A DNA stretch of 20,412 bases, taken from positions 1 to 20,412 of the forward strand of contig JAOZFT010000022.1 of NCBI GenBank assembly GCA_027492035.1, given 5' to 3'. Positions 15,624 to 20,412 of this stretch are shown here, piece by piece. The notes beneath the pieces were generated by a model that saw nothing but the letters and a program-made list of their open reading frames with translations, was not told the DNA's origin and ran no database searches. The position numbers were made by a program, and so were the translations under genes. Within the stretch, counting starts at the first letter, position 1, and the number at the start of each line of letters is the position of its first letter. This stretch comes from Thermoproteota archaeon (GTDB lineage: Archaea; Korarchaeota; JAOZGF01; JAOZFZ01).

Positions 15624-17327
15624 TCAATACTTTCTCGCAACAGGTTTCCATTTAGTGATTGTGACAGGTAAGAAATTGAACTTCAACCCTTCTTTTGAAC
15701 AATAAATTAAAGTGTGTACAAGCCATTCTTTGTCGTTTCTTTCAGGGTAATCTACCCTTACATGAGCCCCTCTGGATTCTTTCCTTAAAAGTGCACTTGT
15801 TAATATAGTTTCAGCTATGTCAAGCATGAAATCAAGCTCTAAGGCAGCTATAAGTCCTGTGTTGAAAATTTTTCCTTTATCTTCCACTGCAACATGTTTA
15901 AACCTTTCCTTTAACTCTCTTATCTTCTTTAACCCTTTCTTTAACCCTTCTTCGTTTCTGAAAAGCCAACAGTTTTCATTCATTGTTTCCCTCATTTCTT
16001 TCCTGATCTCAGGTACCTTTTCAAACCCCTCCTTACCAAGAATTCCGTCGAAAACTCTTTCCTCTTCACTTTTTACCTTGTCCAAAGGAGCTTCGCTGAA
16101 GTCATGTTTTAAAGCGTATTTGGCAGCTTCAACACCTGCAACTTCCCCAAAAACTAAGCATTCAGCTGTGGAGTTTGTTCCCAACCGGTTTGCTCCATGT
16201 AAACTTAAACATGAACATTCACCTGCGGCGTATAAACCTCTTACTTCTGTTTCTGTTTTTACGTTAACATGTATACCTCCCATTGAGTAATGAGCTGTTG
16301 GTTTAACAGGTATTAAGTCGTTTGCAGGGTTTAAACCAGCCAGTTTCCTGCAAATCTCTTTTATGAAAGGAAGTTTTTCCTTTATTTTCTCTTCCCCTAA
16401 ATGTCTGAGGTCAAGAGCTATGTATTTCCCGAAAGAACTGCTAAAGCCTCTTTTCTCCATTATCTCTGTCCATTCAGCTCTTGCTACAACGTCCCTAGGT
16501 GCAAGTTCCATCATTTCCGGTGCATATTTCCCCATAAACCTCTCTCCTTTGTTGTTTAACAGGAAGCCTCCTTCCGACCTCGCACCTTCAGTTATTAATA
16601 CACCGTCAGCTGGGACAAGTCCTGTTGGGTGAAACTGAGTCATTTCCATGTCTTTCAAAGGAACTCCTGCCCGATACGCGATGGCTACTCCGTCGCCTGT
16701 TGCTGTATGTGAATGACTTGTGAAACTGTAAACCCTCATGAACCCGCCAGTAGCTAAAATAACTGCTTTAGCTTTAAACAGATGCATTTCTCCAGTTTTT
16801 ATGTTGATAACAGTTAAACCTTTAATTTTTCCCTCTTCAGTTAAAAGAGAAGTTGCGAACCATTCATTATAGAAAGTAATATTTTCAAGGGCTGAAGCTT
16901 TTCCATATAAAGTGTGCATTTCATGTAAACCTGTGTAGTCAGCTGCGAAACAGCCTCTAGAGAAACTATGTCCACCAAATCTTTTCTGAGCTATTAACCC
17001 CTCCTCATCCCTGCTCCAAGGCATACCTAAACAATCAAGGAAAATAACTTGCTTAGGTGCTTTTTTAACGAAGAACTCAACAACATCCTGATCTGCAAGA
17101 AAGTCAGAACCCTTCACTGTATCCCATGCATGTAAATCAAATGAGTCCCCCCTTCTCAAAACAGCAGCAGTGCCTCCTTGTGCACAAACAGAATGTGAAC
17201 GGACAGGAAAAGTTTTACTTATAACTGCAATGTTTATTTTCTTATTGAAATTTGAAGCTGCAATTGCAGCCCTTAAACCAGCTATGCCTGCGCCTACAAT
17301 AGCGATATCGCAGCTAATTTTCTCCAA
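15624..17327 (-). CDS. sdhA: Succinate dehydrogenase/fumarate reductase flavoprotein subunit
   Basis: TTG start. [16 protein letters not shown] (covalent-FAD His), [50 protein letters not shown] and C-terminal ARKY. Confidence 0.95.
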   Translation of the reverse strand: MEKISCDIAIVGAGIAGLRAAIAASNFNKKINIAVISKTFPVRSHSVCAQGGTAAVLRRGDSFDLHAWDTVKGSDFLADQDVVEFFVKKAPKQVIFLDCLGMPWSRDEEGLIAQKRFGGHSFSRGCFAADYTGLHEMHTLYGKASALENITFYNEWFATSLLTEEGKIKGLTVINIKTGEMHLFKAKAVILATGGFMRVYSFTSHSHTATGDGVAIAYRAGVPLKDMEMTQFHPTGLVPADGVLITEGARSEGGFLLNNKGERFMGKYAPEMMELAPRDVVARAEWTEIMEKRGFSSSFGKYIALDLRHLGEEKIKEKLPFIKEICRKLAGLNPANDLIPVKPTAHYSMGGIHVNVKTETEVRGLYAAGECSCLSLHGANRLGTNSTAECLVFGEVAGVEAAKYALKHDFSEAPLDKVKSEEERVFDGILGKEGFEKVPEIRKEMRETMNENCWLFRNEEGLKKGLKKIRELKERFKHVAVEDKGKIFNTGLIAALELDFMLDIAETILTSALLRKESRGAHVRVDYPERNDKEWLVHTLIYCSKEGLKFNFLPVTITKWKPVARKY

Positions 17328-17359
17328 AGTTACGGCACCATCAATCCTTGCCTAAGAAT

Positions 17360-17378
17360 TTAATTAAAAAATTTCCTT
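17360..17378 (-). promoter_or_regulatory. Candidate BRE/TATA for the sdhA-led operon
   Basis: Minus strand AAGGAAATTTTTTAATTAA about 35-50 nt upstream of the sdhA TTG, followed by a GGTG RBS. Confidence 0.35.
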
Positions 17379-17511
17379 TACCACCTTTTCATTTAAATAT
17401 TTCTTTGTTTAAAAGTGAAATCTTGCAAATTTTCCAATTTACCTTTGCTACCCTTCTTCACAAGTGTCAAAAAACTTAAATTGAGTCAATAAACTTCACC
17501 TAAATAAATAA

Positions 17512-17575
17512 GGAAAAGAAGAAAAGGGGATTCTTTTCCGTAAAAACCCTTTTTCTTAACTTGTTTACGGGAAAA
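17512..17575 (-). terminator. Overlapping inverted repeats with a U-rich tract just downstream of pgk; candidate terminator
   Basis: GGAAAAGAA (17512-17520) pairs perfectly with TTCTTTTCC (17531-17539), with two further alternative stems. On the minus strand this is followed by TTATTTATTT. Confidence 0.35.
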
Positions 17576-17590
17576 TGTTTCTCTACCCCG

Positions 17591-18814
17591 CTAAATTTCA
17601 AGGGAGGTTCTTTGTTTAATAATTTCATCCAGTGAAGGGTAGTTAAAACCAGCTAATCTGTGAAGGAAAGCTCCACCACTTAACAACACCTGTCCACCTG
17701 TTGATTGAATCTTATCCAGCAGTCCCTCATTAACCAATTCTTGGGTAGTGTCTCCACCAACGAAAACTAACCCATAGCCAAGAATCCTCTTTGTTAACTT
17801 GATCCCGTTTATAAACCCTTTCTCGAAAACACCTAAGGGACCTGCCCTTATTCTCACTTCTTTACTCGCCAGTTTTTCACTGTACCTGTCAACTGTTTCC
17901 TCCCCTATGTCAACTATTAAACCATTAGATTCACTTAGTTCGTTTAGTTCCACACGTTTCACTTCTCCCTTTTCGTAAAGAATAAAGTCCACAGGGTGCT
18001 CCACGTTCATTTTTAACAGTTCCCCAGCTAATTCAAACTGTTTCTTAGATGCTTCCTTAAGGAGGAATTCTTCGTTTTGAGGGCCTAAATTGTATCCTTT
18101 GGCTTTGACAAGTAACTGACCTGGAATGCCCCCAGTGAAAACCTGCATCTTCTTTGCAATGTTCAGAATGTACTCTGTTTTCCCAAATTTCTTCCCCCCC
18201 ATAACTATTGCCTTATCTTCATCCCTTACGCTGTCTATTTCATGTAAAATCTTCAGTTCAGTTGTGGATCTAACCCCAACATATGTCCTGCTTATCTTAG
18301 GCAGAGCCATAATGCTTGTATGTGCTCTGTGCCAAACTGGAATTGCGTCGTTTATGCATGTGTTAACCAACCCTTTGAAAAAATTTATGTAGAGGCTGTT
18401 TTCAGGGTTGTAGCTTGTTTCCCAGTCAAAGTAACGAATGTTATCCAACAAAATTATTTCTTTCTCCTTCAACGCCTTTATTTTCTTCTTTGTTTCTTCA
18501 GTAAAAATTTCGTTTTTCGGTATGAAACTGAAATCAATATCCAGCGGCAAATGCTTCCTTATAAGTGCAAAGTGTTGGTTTAAGGGAAGAAAGTCTTTTT
18601 CACCTTTTCTTCCCTGATGAGCCACAACTATTAACCCTGTATACTCTGAAAGGAATTCAAGCACGTTTGAGTAAATTTTACATCTTAAACTTTTTTCATT
18701 AAGAACCCCCTCAACCACCGTGGAATTTATATCAACCCTAATGAGGGTAGGGCTCTTTAATTGGGTTGGAAGGTTTATGAGTCTGAAATCCTTTGTTTCT
18801 TCGAAATAATTCAT
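17591..18814 (-). CDS. pgk: Phosphoglycerate kinase family protein (divergent)
   Basis: Likely start ATG18814 (MNYFEE) after a G-rich RBS. RVDINS, AHQGR, LLDNIRY, INDA..WHRAH.S, MGGKK, DIGEET, GPLGVFE, GGDT and SGGAFL. Confidence 0.85.
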   Translation of the reverse strand: MNYFEETKDFRLINLPTQLKSPTLIRVDINSTVVEGVLNEKSLRCKIYSNVLEFLSEYTGLIVVAHQGRKGEKDFLPLNQHFALIRKHLPLDIDFSFIPKNEIFTEETKKKIKALKEKEIILLDNIRYFDWETSYNPENSLYINFFKGLVNTCINDAIPVWHRAHTSIMALPKISRTYVGVRSTTELKILHEIDSVRDEDKAIVMGGKKFGKTEYILNIAKKMQVFTGGIPGQLLVKAKGYNLGPQNEEFLLKEASKKQFELAGELLKMNVEHPVDFILYEKGEVKRVELNELSESNGLIVDIGEETVDRYSEKLASKEVRIRAGPLGVFEKGFINGIKLTKRILGYGLVFVGGDTTQELVNEGLLDKIQSTGGQVLLSGGAFLHRLAGFNYPSLDEIIKQRTSLEI

Positions 18815-19006
18815 CCCTTCTCCCCCTTCTAAATTCTCCACGTAAAAACTTAAGCGATTTCCTAAATTGAAACGTTAAACAAAAAAGATGTTAATTTTTT
18901 AAACGATCCTTGATTGAATCTTTCTTTAAAACCAAAAAGGATAAATACAGTTACATTTTAAATGTGTTTAGGGTTTAAGGGGGAAAAGGAACGTGAGGGG
19001 TTTTAA

Positions 19007-20068
19007 ATGGTTAACAACTTCGCTTCTCTCTTTAAAGAAGTTATTCTCAAAAATAAATGTGTTTTCTGTGGGGCATGTATAGCTTCCTGCCCAGTTGAAG
19101 CCATAGAGGTAGTTAAAAACAAACCTATGCTTAAGGGGGTCTGTTACAACTGTGAAGTATGTTACTACCAATGTGCAAGAACAGGTATTTACGATAAACA
19201 ATTCATTGAAGAGAAGAAATTTGGAAGAAGAAGGGAGAGAGATGAGGTTTTCGGGGTTTACTTAAAGGTTTTCAAAGCCAAAGCTACAGATAAAAACATA
19301 CTTAATGTATGCCAAAATGGTGGAGCAGTGACTTCTTTACTCAAATACATGTTTGATGAAGGTTTAATTGACGCTGCAGTAGGTGTTAAAAGAGACGAAA
19401 ACTGGGAAGCTTACCCCTTTGTCGTACTTAATGAAAAAGATTTATTAGAGGTTGCAGGGTCAAAATACATGGTTGTACCTACATTAACAGCTGTAAGAGA
19501 AGCTGTGGATTACTTGTTCAAGAAATCAATTGCCGTTGTTGGCTTACCTTGCCAAATAGAAGCTGTAACAAACTATAAATACTCTTTGAAGCATCCCTTA
19601 AAATTAGGGAACAAAATAAAGTTAACAATAGGGGTTTTCTGTTTCCATGAATTCAAACATGCAGAAATGCTTAATTTCTTTAAAGAGAAAAACATAGAGT
19701 TGAAGGAAGTAACAAAAATGGATATTGAAAAGGGAAGATTCAAAGTTTATAAAGGAGACGAGTTAATTCTGAACATAAAAATAAGTGAATTAGATCCCTT
19801 CACAAGGGAAGCTTGCAAGATATGTAAAGACTTCACAGCTGAACTTGCAGACATATCTGTTGGAAACGTTGATTCACCTTCAGACTGGTCAACAATAATA
19901 ATTAGAAGTGAATATGGCCTAAAAATATTTGAAGACGCTGTAAATAGGGGATACTTAACAGCTGAACCCCTAGAAAAACTAGAAACAGTTAAATTGTTGT
20001 CGAAAGTTAAAAGAAAGAATGCATTAAAACATTTAAAGGAAACAGCTGAAGTGAAGGCGAGGAAATAA
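19007..20068 (+). CDS. Coenzyme F420 hydrogenase/dehydrogenase beta subunit family (FrhB/FpoF-like) with N-terminal 2x[4Fe-4S] domain
   Basis: CVFCGACIASCP, CYNCEVCYYQC, QNGGAVTSLL, AGSKY, VVGLPCQ, IGVFC and CKICKDFTAELADISVG. Confidence 0.92.
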   Translation: MVNNFASLFKEVILKNKCVFCGACIASCPVEAIEVVKNKPMLKGVCYNCEVCYYQCARTGIYDKQFIEEKKFGRRRERDEVFGVYLKVFKAKATDKNILNVCQNGGAVTSLLKYMFDEGLIDAAVGVKRDENWEAYPFVVLNEKDLLEVAGSKYMVVPTLTAVREAVDYLFKKSIAVVGLPCQIEAVTNYKYSLKHPLKLGNKIKLTIGVFCFHEFKHAEMLNFFKEKNIELKEVTKMDIEKGRFKVYKGDELILNIKISELDPFTREACKICKDFTAELADISVGNVDSPSDWSTIIIRSEYGLKIFEDAVNRGYLTAEPLEKLETVKLLSKVKRKNALKHLKETAEVKARK

Positions 20069-20412
20069 ATGGGTTCCGAAGTTGAAAAGGATCAGGGGCA
20101 ATACTTCAGCATAGAAGTAGCTGAAGTTGAAGATCTAGTCAGAATAGCAGCTTGTTTACCTTCAGGAGGACCTGTAGGGATCCCCATCATCCTTCATTTA
20201 GAGAAAAGAAACAAACATGTCTACTTAGTTATTCCCATCTTCTCTATCTCGGACGAAGAGCACAAAGTTGTTTTTTATTCAGTTTTGGAGGAAACCGTTA
20301 AGAAAAAATTTGCTAAGTACAAGGTTGAAGATGGAAAAGAGGAAATTTCTTTCACAAACGATTTAAAGGATGCAGAGGCTAAGTACTTCCCCATAATAAC
20401 AATTAAAAAACT
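20069..20412 (+). CDS. Hypothetical protein, 3'-truncated (resembles small uncharacterised TACK proteins)
   Basis: ATG immediately follows the frhB-like stop (TAAATG). Frame is open to the window end: MGSEVEKDQGQYFSIEVAEVEDLVRIAACLPSGGPVGIPIILHLEKRNKHVYLV...AKYFPIITIKK. Absent from the ORF track because it has no stop in the window. Confidence 0.75.
   Translation, partial: MGSEVEKDQGQYFSIEVAEVEDLVRIAACLPSGGPVGIPIILHLEKRNKHVYLVIPIFSISDEEHKVVFYSVLEETVKKKFAKYKVEDGKEEISFTNDLKDAEAKYFPIITIKK

Noticed and set aside
15613-15651. N-terminal [13 protein letters not shown] extension of the SdhB-CCG ORF
   Set aside because: Overlaps the sdhA 3' end; SdhB similarity begins after ATG15612. A TTG start at 15627 remains possible.
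9379-17355. Plus-strand ORFs within the metabolic operon
   Set aside because: All are antisense shadows of motif-supported minus-strand genes.
18126-19201. ORFs 18126-18392, 18320-18583 (+) and 18968-19201 (-)
   Set aside because: Antisense to pgk or the frhB-like gene.
1-20412. CRISPR array, tRNA/rRNA, transposase or integrase
   Set aside because: No regularly spaced repeats, no GC-rich structured RNA segment and no mobility-protein motifs were seen by eye.

Overview
AT-rich archaeal window, probably a TACK-type lineage, judged from protein families, GGTG/GGAG ribosome-binding sites, frequent TTG/GTG starts and a BRE-TATA promoter. (1) <1-3235 (+): a compact three-gene operon with a short, apparently hinge-less SMC ATPase carrying Smc5/Smc6-type head motifs, a kleisin with an ScpA-like N-terminus and Nse4-like C-terminus, and a tandem winged-helix protein resembling Nse3/MAGE/Nse1 KITEs. 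This looks like a minimal archaeal Smc5/6-like complex and is the most interesting feature. (2) Rubrerythrin and an Lhr-type SF2 helicase (-). (3) A decaying accessory patch (about 6.85-9.37 kb) with an intact vapBC pair, a vapC pseudogene missed by the ORF track and a frameshifted SAM-methyltransferase remnant. (4) A tightly packed 7-gene minus-strand operon (17327-9375): SdhA/FrdA flavoprotein, SdhB fused to CCG (HdrD/TfrB-like) domains, a divergent succinyl-CoA-synthetase-like ligase with an atypical ferredoxin between its beta and alpha genes, a CitE-family CoA-ester lyase and an MmgE/PrpD protein. This may be an undescribed di/tricarboxylate oxidation-activation-cleavage pathway. (5) A divergent phosphoglycerate kinase, a stand-alone FrhB/FpoF-type F420 protein and a truncated hypothetical gene at the right edge. 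All family assignments are by eye from motifs; no searches were run.
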